A program made the translations under genes and the position numbers. Of a DNA stretch of 32,000 nucleotides, positions 1-7,588 are shown piece by piece; positions within the stretch are counted from its first letter, which is position 1, and each line of letters begins with the position of its first letter. Under the pieces are notes generated by a model, which was not told the DNA's origin, ran no database searches, and saw only the letters and a list, made by a program, of their open reading frames with translations. Location of the stretch: the NCBI RefSeq assembly GCF_000179635.2, contig NC_014824.1:210001-242000 (forward strand), read 5' to 3'. The stretch comes from Ruminococcus albus 7 = DSM 20455 (GTDB lineage: Bacteria > Bacillota > Clostridia > Oscillospirales > Ruminococcaceae).

Positions 1-1118
1 TCAGCAGCTGACATATCATCAGAGATAAAATAACCTGCTGTGTCCCACATACCGTAACTGTCAAATTCATCAGTTCTTTTAAGATTTTCATCGATAAGCG
101 CCATAAGATCAACGACTGTCTTATTCTCTGTTGTGGACATAACCGAGTTTGATGTTGTGGTCGTTACCTGTTCATTCGGAGCAAGGGAGTTGATAAAACC
201 ATTAAGCTGACCTGAGATCTGTCCGCCAAACATTGCTCCTGTACTCAATCCTCCTGCCTTACCAATAGCTGCAGCTCCACCTATGGCACCACCTACAACA
301 CCGGCAATTGATAATACAGCACCCGTTATCATAGCAGCCTTCTGTTTTCCGTTCATTTCAGCAAAAGATCTGGAATGTGAAGATGAATCAGTTGTACTGT
401 CAGTATACTGAACTCTTGCCAACGGTGATAGCTTGGTATACAGATCCTGATAACTTTTTCTCAGCATCTGAACCGTCTGCGGAGACTGATTTTGTGCGAT
501 TATAATACCTGTGTATTGTCTGCCATACATTGCAAGAGCCAGTTTTTCCAAGCCCTGAACAAACTGTTCATTTGCCTGTTCCGTATTTTTACAATTTCCA
601 ACAACACTTACCGATGCAATATTGTTCTGATCTAATATTTTTCTTGACAGTTTTCCAATGCTCGTCCTGTCTTCGCTAACTATTTTAACTCCGGGGAAAT
701 TTCCGATAAGTGTATTTTTCAGTGTATCACCAAGCGTCACCATTGAACGCTTTTCAGGATCATCATCTGATGTATTGCTCCTTACCCCGAGATAAAAATT
801 TGTTTCATTACCATCAGAATCAATTATTATGAAAACCGATGCGTTATATGTAGATAATGTATTAAAGACCGTAGTAAATTTATTAGTAACAGACTCGCCC
901 TTACGATAAACCATCTCTGTGATCCTATAAATACGAATATTATTTATTAGTTCATTTTCAAGAGAAGGTAGATCTCCAGCCGGAGCGATCTCCATTTCAT
1001 TAAGTCGTGCCAGATATTTTTTTCTTATACCCTCATCTATTATCTCAAGACGATTATCTATCGTCATTTCTTCGGTCGATGTCATCACATCAGAGTTATA
1101 GGTAGCTATTTCGTCCAT
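1..1118 (-). CDS. hypothetical protein, C-terminus cut by the window edge (>=372 aa), with a glycine-rich hydrophobic segment
   Basis: This gene is not in the ORF track because it runs off the window. My hand translation from the ATG (complement of 1116-1118) gives MDEIATYNSDVMTSTEEMTIDNRLEII... and stays open to position 1. An AAGGGGG Shine-Dalgarno overlaps the end of the upstream gene, with a 6-nt gap. The protein contains AAMITGAVLSIAGVVGGAIGGAAAIGKAGGLSTGAMFGGQ. Confidence 0.7.
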   Translation of the reverse strand, partial: MDEIATYNSDVMTSTEEMTIDNRLEIIDEGIRKKYLARLNEMEIAPAGDLPSLENELINNIRIYRITEMVYRKGESVTNKFTTVFNTLSTYNASVFIIIDSDGNETNFYLGVRSNTSDDDPEKRSMVTLGDTLKNTLIGNFPGVKIVSEDRTSIGKLSRKILDQNNIASVSVVGNCKNTEQANEQFVQGLEKLALAMYGRQYTGIIIAQNQSPQTVQMLRKSYQDLYTKLSPLARVQYTDSTTDSSSHSRSFAEMNGKQKAAMITGAVLSIAGVVGGAIGGAAAIGKAGGLSTGAMFGGQISGQLNGFINSLAPNEQVTTTTSNSVMSTTENKTVVDLMALIDENLKRTDEFDSYGMWDTAGYFISDDMSAA

Positions 1119-1124
1119 CTTTGT

Positions 1125-2756
1125 TTACCCCCTTTCGATCAGATGAAGTTTATCATTTATCTGAGAAAGCCAATCCATATCATTCTGCAAAAGCTGTTCA
1201 TCTTGCGAAAGCTGTTTTGAGACGATCTGCTTTTCTTCAGTCTTTTGCTTTATTATCTGATGTATACGATTATGATAAACATTTGCAAGAACAGCATAAT
1301 ACTTTGTAAGAGTTTCTGTCCAGTTATCGACAACTCTCTGACAAATAGGACCATATTCTTCCACTGCCAGTGTTCTCCACGCTTCATATGTATATGTTAC
1401 TTCCATTACCTTATCATTATTAGCATCAGCATTGTTTTTCAACCTATCGAAAAGTGATGCCTTGCGAACTATATATTGTTCTGTTTTGATATCCATAAAC
1501 TTTTCTGTAAGTGATGGAGTAATATACTCCTTTGCTTCGTAATTGAAATCCACAGTTGGTTCAAAATCCGGGTCCATTTTTGTATCAGAAAACCATTTTC
1601 CGAATAGTTGATCGATCTCTGCGCTTTTTGCCACAGAAGCACTATCTATTTCCGCTACAAATTCAGAATAAAATTTATCAAGCATCGTATTAAATTCTGT
1701 AGCCATTGCAATTGCTTCATCCATATTAGTAGTCTTTGTCTTTTTCTTTCTCCACTCGGAAATTTTGAAGAAAAATGATTTCATTGAAGATACATATTCC
1801 GTAGGTATGATCAGATTATCACGCTGATTGAAAAGATCATCAGCGTTTTTTAGAGTATTTATATCGTTTTCAAGTGAATCGATCTTCCTATGTATACCTG
1901 AATTTACTATCTTACTCTTTTCATTCTCCTCATCTACATCCGCCTGTAACTTACTGATAGTACCTTTTAAAATCCCAAGAACTTTTGTAATGTATTCAGT
2001 AAGCGGATATACTTCAAAATAATCGCTTATGACCGCATCATTAACATCATTTATGATATTTGGGGTATGTATCCCAAGATCAGAGATTATCCTTTCGATC
2101 TGAGGTCTGTTTAATTCAGCACTAATGCAGAAAAAGAGTTGTCTGCTGCTTATATCATCACGGCATATTATTGATCTTAGGTCTCTTTTGTTGCGATTTA
2201 GATCGTGAGAATCTATAAACATTACTATTGGTGTATTCGTAAGATCTGTGGTTGTCAGTTCATTAACATTATCTATATTTTCAATATCTATTTTCTCGTC
2301 ACAAAGTGAAATAGAGGATATTTTGTTTCCATTTATCGTTATAAATGAATATGGACTATCGAGTACCTCTTTATTATCATCTTTAAAAGCCTTATAATCA
2401 AATCTACGATTGGGATGCGCATCCAACCATGAAAAAACATCATAAATACGTTTGTTTTTTATAACTGGTTCTTCTAGCTCGTTTTTATAAAAGAATGCGA
2501 CTTCGTTATCTGTTACCCCTGCTTTTCTAAATGAAGATTTTATTAGTTCGTAATCCGACTCTGTACCTGAAAAATAAAAATCAAATCCATAACCGTTCAT
2601 CTCATCACGAAATACCTGAGGGAGTAATTCGACCCATTCCTGAAGTTTTTTATCACGATATTTTTCTATAATACTATTTATTTTAGGTGGCTGATCATTG
2701 AATTTCACTACTGTTTCCATTAAGTATGGATTATAGCTTAATTCTGTTTTTACCAT
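1125..2756 (-). CDS. hypothetical 543-aa protein with a long helical, coiled-coil-like C-terminal half; no motif recognised
   Basis: ORF-track ORF. It has an AAAGGAG RBS 8 nt upstream of the ATG. It is the first gene after the riboswitch leader and is tightly coupled to the downstream gene. Confidence 0.85.
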   Translation of the reverse strand: MVKTELSYNPYLMETVVKFNDQPPKINSIIEKYRDKKLQEWVELLPQVFRDEMNGYGFDFYFSGTESDYELIKSSFRKAGVTDNEVAFFYKNELEEPVIKNKRIYDVFSWLDAHPNRRFDYKAFKDDNKEVLDSPYSFITINGNKISSISLCDEKIDIENIDNVNELTTTDLTNTPIVMFIDSHDLNRNKRDLRSIICRDDISSRQLFFCISAELNRPQIERIISDLGIHTPNIINDVNDAVISDYFEVYPLTEYITKVLGILKGTISKLQADVDEENEKSKIVNSGIHRKIDSLENDINTLKNADDLFNQRDNLIIPTEYVSSMKSFFFKISEWRKKKTKTTNMDEAIAMATEFNTMLDKFYSEFVAEIDSASVAKSAEIDQLFGKWFSDTKMDPDFEPTVDFNYEAKEYITPSLTEKFMDIKTEQYIVRKASLFDRLKNNADANNDKVMEVTYTYEAWRTLAVEEYGPICQRVVDNWTETLTKYYAVLANVYHNRIHQIIKQKTEEKQIVSKQLSQDEQLLQNDMDWLSQINDKLHLIERG

Positions 2757-2774
2757 AGTTGATCACTCCTTTAA

Positions 2775-2808
2775 TAAAAATAAAAGGCAACGCCAAAAGC
2801 ATTGCCTT
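2775..2808 (-). terminator. intrinsic terminator forming the riboswitch expression platform
   Basis: The minus-strand RNA reads AAGGCAAUGC-UUUUG-GCGUUGCCUU, a 10-bp stem with one G-U pair. It is followed by UUAUUUUUAUU and lies just before the RBS of the 543-aa gene. Confidence 0.75.
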
Positions 2809-2829
2809 AATCAGCTATAAACCAAAAAT

Positions 2830-2912
2830 CTATGCAACCGGCTGTCATACTCTTCGAGCTTAGACCCTTAGCTTTGCGTCACTGCCTTTCAGCAATTTTG
2901 CCTTTGTGATAT
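2830..2912 (-). promoter_or_regulatory. c-di-GMP-I (GEMM-I) riboswitch aptamer
   Basis: The minus-strand RNA reads CACAAAGGCAAAAUUGCUGAAAGGCAGUGACGCAAAGCUAAGGGUCUAAGCUCGAAGAGUAUGACAGCCGGUUGC. It shows the GGCAAA junction, a hairpin capped by a GAAA tetraloop, the GACGCAAAGC junction and a tetraloop-receptor-like UCUAAG...UAUGA. It sits between a consensus promoter and a terminator. Confidence 0.75.
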
Positions 2913-2923
2913 AATATATTTTT

Positions 2924-2952
2924 ATTATATACCATGTACTTGTAATTGTCAA
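2924..2952 (-). promoter_or_regulatory. sigma-A-type promoter of the riboswitch operon
   Basis: The minus strand reads TTGACA-17 nt-TATAAT, with -35 at 2947-2952 and -10 at 2924-2929. Confidence 0.75.
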
Positions 2953-3057
2953 TGAATCTGTACGTATCCTGCTTATTTAAAGATATATTTGGTATTACAC
3001 ACAAATTATCCATTTATAATATTGCACTTTGATGAAAGGCCATTTTACATTCTTGTT

Positions 3058-4035
3058 TTAGTAATTGGGCTTATATAGACGATTGTCTAGTCCAAACGGC
3101 TTCTTTTCTGTGATTTCTCCCGGATCTAACTTCTCATAATGCTCTTCACACATATACATCTTCGCATCGATGTTGTCGATGTAGTGCAAAACAAATGCTT
3201 CTGGAATAGCCGGACAGGATACTGTCCCCCACTCCTGCGTACCGTGGTGCGAAAGTATCATGTGGATCAAAAGCTGAACTTTTTCTTTGTTGTAGTTTCC
3301 GTCCGACGCAAAGCCTTTGATAAGCGAAGCTCCCATATATAAGTGACCTAACAGCACTCCGCTTGCCGTAAACTCAGCATCACCGCTGATCGAGGTCTTA
3401 TATTCCCATACTTTGCCTATATCGTGCAGGGCTGTACCACAGAGAAGCAGCTCACGGTCAAGGTTCGTATATACTCCACAGAGTGCATCGGCAGCCTTGA
3501 CCATACGATAAGAGTGGTACAGCAGACCACCCCTGAGATTGTGATGCATAGATACAGCGGCCGAGGAAGTCATAAAACTATCTTTATACTTTGTCAGTAT
3601 CTTCAACGTAAGATCGGACAACGGCGTATATTTGCCATCATAGTCGTTTGAAGAGCTTTCGATCAGACTGCATATTTCGGTATACATCAGGTCTAAGTCC
3701 ACGGGTGGGAGCTTAGTGAAGTCATTGACCGTAAGTGTGCTGTCTGCTGTCGGTCTGATCTGCACTATTTTGAAGCTCTTTGATCCCTGATACTCAGAAA
3801 CAGATATCTCTGCATCAGCTATCGTGTCCTGCCTGATACCGAGAGACGCAAGACTCTCTTCCGAGGTATCGAACATCATAGCCGTGACTTCCGAAAAGCC
3901 GTCTTTCAGCGATACTCTCACAAATTTATTGCCGTTTCGTGCGGTATTTTCCTCGATTGCAGACACCAATACAGGACGGTTGATCGTGCTGCCGATCTGA
4001 GCATCGGAGAATTTTATATACTGTTCCTTATCCAT
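3058..4035 (-). CDS. yhaM: YhaM-like 3'-5' exoribonuclease (N-terminal OB fold plus HD domain)
   Basis: The 325-aa ORF carries HD-domain motifs MHHNLRGGLLYHS, ALHDIGKV and ILSHHG after an OB-like N-terminal domain. Its size and layout match the YhaM/Cbf1 family. Confidence 0.85.
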   Translation of the reverse strand: MDKEQYIKFSDAQIGSTINRPVLVSAIEENTARNGNKFVRVSLKDGFSEVTAMMFDTSEESLASLGIRQDTIADAEISVSEYQGSKSFKIVQIRPTADSTLTVNDFTKLPPVDLDLMYTEICSLIESSSNDYDGKYTPLSDLTLKILTKYKDSFMTSSAAVSMHHNLRGGLLYHSYRMVKAADALCGVYTNLDRELLLCGTALHDIGKVWEYKTSISGDAEFTASGVLLGHLYMGASLIKGFASDGNYNKEKVQLLIHMILSHHGTQEWGTVSCPAIPEAFVLHYIDNIDAKMYMCEEHYEKLDPGEITEKKPFGLDNRLYKPNY

Positions 4036-4054
4036 AGAAGTTCCTTTCTTAGTA

Positions 4055-4489
4055 TTAGAATGTCACACCTGAAAAAGCGATCAGGTTATTGATGTACTTG
4101 ACAAAACTCCTCAAATTTGGAGGAAAATCGTTGCAGCCGTAATGTTCAAGTACGCTGCCGTTATCAAGAGTGACCTTTACTGACCATTGTGTTCCGTCAT
4201 CAATATCACCATTGATATATTCCTTATTCCAATCATCTATACGGTACTTTAAGAATACATCGCTGATGAATTCATTCCATTCGCCTATCCTTATCTCTTT
4301 TGTTATGTCATCAACCTTGCCCTCACGAAGTAGAGAAGGACTAACCGTCAGTACGGCATGATCGTTCTCTTTTTTGATAGTCACTTCAACGTAACCGCCA
4401 AGGAAACTGCCACATGAGCAGTGAAACGAAATAGCGGATAGAATGTGATTATTATCGGACATAAGTCCGGCATTATACTTTTCTTCCAT
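4055..4489 (-). CDS. hypothetical 144-aa protein, co-transcribed with the yhaM-like gene
   Basis: ORF-track ORF. A promoter lies directly upstream and there is a 19-nt gap to the downstream gene. The RBS (GGTGA) is weak. Confidence 0.65.
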   Translation of the reverse strand: MEEKYNAGLMSDNNHILSAISFHCSCGSFLGGYVEVTIKKENDHAVLTVSPSLLREGKVDDITKEIRIGEWNEFISDVFLKYRIDDWNKEYINGDIDDGTQWSVKVTLDNGSVLEHYGCNDFPPNLRSFVKYINNLIAFSGVTF

Positions 4490-4530
4490 TCGTTATCACC
4501 ACGCATAAATTCTATAAATACTCACTTTAT

Positions 4531-4559
4531 ATGATATCACAAATAGCCAATTTTGTCAA
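4531..4559 (-). promoter_or_regulatory. promoter of the 144-aa/yhaM-like operon
   Basis: The minus strand reads TTGACA-17 nt-TATCAT, with -35 at 4554-4559 and -10 at 4531-4536. Confidence 0.6.
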
Positions 4560-4712
4560 CAATTTTTGACACGATTTCTAGCATAATAAACAATCGATTT
4601 AATTCCATTTTTCACAAGAATTCACGATCAACTCAAAGCTAACCACTCTGATTTATTTTCAATCTGCAAAAGTAGATTGATAATTGAAAAAACATCTGAT
4701 AATGACATAGAG

Positions 4713-4730
4713 TGTGTCACGCGTGACACA
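4713..4730. repeat. 18-bp palindrome family, copy 1 (perfect)
   Basis: The sequence is TGTGTCACGCGTGACACA. Its end lies 92 bp upstream of the -10 of noncoding cassette 1. Confidence 0.95.
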
Positions 4731-4798
4731 ACAAAGATACAATCTAAAATAATGGATATGCTTAAAGCTTATCTTTCATACTGTTAGAAAAATAAAGC

Positions 4799-4827
4799 TT
4801 GAAATATACCTGAATATATGCTATAAT
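4799..4827 (+). promoter_or_regulatory. promoter of noncoding cassette 1
   Basis: TTGAAA-17 nt-TATAAT, with TGC immediately upstream (extended -10). Confidence 0.75.
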
Positions 4828-4833
4828 AAGTAC

Positions 4834-5145
4834 AGTAAAATAATTTCTTTAAGAATAGTATGGCGCGAATGATAGATTCACATGATAATGCTGGTTGATT
4901 CGCACTATATTTCGGGCGACTCGGCGTCCGTAAATCGATGAAGTATTCGTAAGACCATAGCAATGTGGCTGTAACAACGCTCGATAAGGTTTAAACAATA
5001 CATATTAAATCCGTGTATTCGATTTATTTGTATGTTTTTTGCAGATGAAATCTGCACAGTACAAGTAGATTGCGAGAGTTAAGTAACAGAATTATATTCC
5101 AGTTTATTACAATTGCGAACCTAAAAAAATTATAACAGCATGGAG
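4834..5145 (+). ncRNA. candidate structured ncRNA, cassette 1 (3' end uncertain; may read through into cassette 2)
   Basis: A strong promoter is present, but there is no ORF of 60 aa or more and no RBS. The cassette is a paralog of cassette 2, with conserved blocks and conserved hairpins. Confidence 0.5.
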
Positions 5146-5163
5146 TGTGTCACGCATGACACA
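5146..5163. repeat. palindrome family, copy 2 (one central mismatch)
   Basis: The sequence is TGTGTCACGCATGACACA. It lies 64 bp upstream of the -10 of cassette 2. Confidence 0.9.
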
Positions 5164-5203
5164 ACAAAGCATCTAAAATTTATCTTTTATACTATTAGTT
5201 TTT

Positions 5204-5232
5204 TTGAATTATAGCTGCATATATGTTATAAT
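5204..5232 (+). promoter_or_regulatory. promoter of noncoding cassette 2
   Basis: TTGAAT-17 nt-TATAAT, with TGT immediately upstream (extended -10). Confidence 0.75.
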
Positions 5233-5238
5233 AAGTAC

Positions 5239-5636
5239 ATAGAATCATTTTCTCTGAATAGTGCGAAAGATAAGCTCACATTAAAACGCTGGGAAATTCG
5301 CACTTTATTTCGGGCGGCTCGGCGTCCGTAAATCGATTGAAGTATTCGTCAGTCTACAAATCTGTAGCCGAAATAACTCTCGATAGGGTTTAAACAATAC
5401 ACATTCAATCCGTGTATTCAGTTATATTTGTATATTTTTGCGGATGCAATCTGCGCAGTACAAATAGGCTGCGAGCTTATGTGAACTTGAAAGAACTGCA
5501 ATTCGGCTTGGATGCAATCTGCACAGGCAAATGAATTGCTAGAAATGAATCCGATCAGATACAACCTCTAGAACTGAATAATTCTTCTAAACAACAAAGG
5601 TCCCACCGTTTAAACTTCGGTAGGACCTCTTTTTTC
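5239..5636 (+). ncRNA. candidate structured ncRNA, cassette 2
   Basis: It is a paralog of cassette 1 and ends at a strong intrinsic terminator. It contains no credible ORF. Confidence 0.55.
5598..5636. terminator. bidirectional intrinsic terminator
   Basis: AGGTCCCACCG-loop-CGGTAGGACCT is followed by CTTTTTTC on the plus strand. On the minus strand it is followed by a T-rich run, downstream of the 516-aa gene. Confidence 0.8.
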
Positions 5637-5679
5637 TTATATTTGTATTTGACGCATAACTTTGACCATTGCCATTGGA

Positions 5680-7230
5680 TCAGTTTGCATCACGCGGCCT
5701 ACTGTACCAGCAGACAACTACATCACTGCCGTATACCGCATCTAGGAGTGTGGGATCAAATCCGGATTCTTCGCAGTAAGTCGGATATTCCTCGATGTCT
5801 ATCATCTTTGAACGCAGTTGACCACCGTCCGGCGCATACAGTTTATAATGGGCAAAAAGGTTTTCACGATCAACCTCCAGATACACACAGCTCTGACCGA
5901 ATACGCCTGCATAGCTGTGATCGTCCGGCAGTGCAAGATTGCCGGTCAGCGCGATGCCGTTCTCATTCACAAAGATGCGCAAATACGCTTCACCGTGTGC
6001 TTTGTCGGTGCGACAGATGCCGCCGGGATACTGATACGAAACCGGTTCATATTCCTCCGTATCCAGATTCTGAGGAAGAAGCCAGACAGTCTTCGGACCG
6101 TAGACCTTCGCTAAAAAAACATCTAGTTTTTCAATGATCTGCTCCGTTGTCAGCCTGTCCGGATTCTGATACAAATATGCAAACTGTTCTGATTCAAACA
6201 ACGTCCGCAATGACAGACTGATCAGTGGGCCGGGGGGACAAATCCTCTTGGTGAAAAAGAGCGTAGTGCAGCCGGTGCCGGTCAGTGCGGCTTCGCGAAA
6301 TGTGTCTTCATTTGTTTCTGCGGATTCCAGAAGCCCCGACAGTGCGGTGCGCGGCAGTGTACCCCATTGCGCTTCGGCAAAGATATTTGGTTGGAGAATC
6401 GCTTTTTCTATATCCTGCTTCGCGACGGAGATGTGGATGAGGGGCTCACCGACACAGGCGGCAAGCTGCTTAGGATAGAGCATGTTGCTGAAGAGCAGGA
6501 GACTATTGTCGGTCTCCAAGATGCGGATATAATTCCCGGTTTCTTTTTCGGTATGCTCCCAAGCAGATGACATTTCTAGCACTATTCTTTTCGCAAGTGC
6601 TGTGGCATCCGGCTTTTCGGTCATGCTAAGGATATTCCCGGAATAGAGCTCGATGCGTTCGACCTCAGGCACCTGCGCTTTTTTAAAATACAGCACAGCG
6701 CATCCTGCTTCAATGTTCTCTGTCATCAAGGTGATATCCAGATTCAAACAGGTTCCGAGAGCAGCAAGTCCGTCCTCTGCAAAGACATCGTCACCTTCGC
6801 AGATCTCTTTGAGTTGCGCCGCGTTCACACAATCCGGGAACTGTGCGGCAAACTGCCGATAATCGCTGTGTGTTCTGCCGCCGTAGGGCTCGCCGATCGC
6901 TATGCGGCAGGACTTCTTCCGGTTCGCTACTTGAAGCGATAGTTCCGCAAAATCGCTGTCAACAAGCTCTGCTGTGATAACCGGTTCCTGAAAAGCACCG
7001 ACTGCAATTGCTGCGCAGCGTTTAAGCGCGGTATGATTCTCTTTCTCCGGAGAGACTGCAAACCACTGTCCGCTTGCTGAAAAACGAAGACGTAGAGCAG
7101 TATATGCGTCGGATGCCTCTGCTTCCACAAAACCCTGCGCGGTCATGTATCTGCGAAGAATATCAGCTAGCTTCTCCGAAGAAAGCTGCTGCGGATTTTG
7201 AACAAAGATGCAGGATGCAGAAAGTCCCAT
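5680..7230 (-). CDS. hypothetical 516-aa protein encoded by a compositionally foreign, GC-richer gene
   Basis: ORF-track ORF with an AAAAGGAG RBS and a TACTATAAT -10 upstream. The gene body is visibly GC-rich, and the spurious ORFs in other frames are typical of high GC. Confidence 0.85.
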   Translation of the reverse strand: MGLSASCIFVQNPQQLSSEKLADILRRYMTAQGFVEAEASDAYTALRLRFSASGQWFAVSPEKENHTALKRCAAIAVGAFQEPVITAELVDSDFAELSLQVANRKKSCRIAIGEPYGGRTHSDYRQFAAQFPDCVNAAQLKEICEGDDVFAEDGLAALGTCLNLDITLMTENIEAGCAVLYFKKAQVPEVERIELYSGNILSMTEKPDATALAKRIVLEMSSAWEHTEKETGNYIRILETDNSLLLFSNMLYPKQLAACVGEPLIHISVAKQDIEKAILQPNIFAEAQWGTLPRTALSGLLESAETNEDTFREAALTGTGCTTLFFTKRICPPGPLISLSLRTLFESEQFAYLYQNPDRLTTEQIIEKLDVFLAKVYGPKTVWLLPQNLDTEEYEPVSYQYPGGICRTDKAHGEAYLRIFVNENGIALTGNLALPDDHSYAGVFGQSCVYLEVDRENLFAHYKLYAPDGGQLRSKMIDIEEYPTYCEESGFDPTLLDAVYGSDVVVCWYSRPRDAN

Positions 7231-7410
7231 GAGTGAATACTCCTTTTAGTAGTTTATTTGTCGAATTATAGTATGCCTTAACAGAAAAAAACTCAGAGAG
7301 CTGTTTCAAATAGCAAATAACATATCTACATTAGTAGATATTAGGGCTCTCTAAGTTATCTTCATTTATTTTATCATAACAATGATCAAAAGTCAATAGA
7401 CCATTATCCC

Positions 7411-7461
7411 CTTTTCAATCAGTAAGACTTCCCTTTCAAACTGTAAGATTCCATTGATTTT
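7411..7461 (+). repeat. 51-bp direct repeat, left copy, containing two 21-bp-phased half-sites
   Basis: The sequence is CTTTTCAATCAGTAAGACTTCCCTTTCAAACTGTAAGATTCCATTGATTTT. It matches 9536-9586 at 49 of 51 positions. Confidence 0.9.
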
Positions 7462-7588
7462 GCATACGACTGAGTGATCGCAGTTATTATCGGAAGCTTA
7501 TATTATGAAACGAAAACATATAATAGAAAACTCACACAAAAACAATAACAGTGGCTGTATACAAATGCTATACTGATGCAGTTTTTAG

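Noticed and set aside
4566-4587. Plus-strand TTGACA at 4566-4571 as a promoter facing the noncoding cassettes
   Set aside because: The nearest -10-like hexamers (CATAAT, TAATAA) are only 10-12 nt away, which is too close for a functional sigma-A promoter. The hexamer is more likely half of the inverted repeat around the divergent promoter.
5440-5542. Mini CRISPR-like or crRNA/tracrRNA-like arrangement inside noncoding cassette 2. Two ~36-nt related modules are separated by 33 nt, and a related module in cassette 1 (5041-5076) has an ATCTGC...GTAGAT stem that faintly recalls type V repeats.
   Set aside because: There are only two or three copies, and I estimate they are only roughly 70% identical. 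The loop is much longer than in Cas12 repeats and no cas or TnpB/IscB gene is nearby. I treat them as sub-modules of a candidate structured RNA.
5643-7130. Plus-strand and alternative-frame ORFs inside the GC-rich gene (5643-6137, 5818-6114, 6248-6478, 6367-6570, 6653-6862, 6927-7130)
   Set aside because: Long spurious ORFs are expected in GC-rich DNA. Only the 516-aa frame spans the whole GC-rich block and has an RBS and a promoter.
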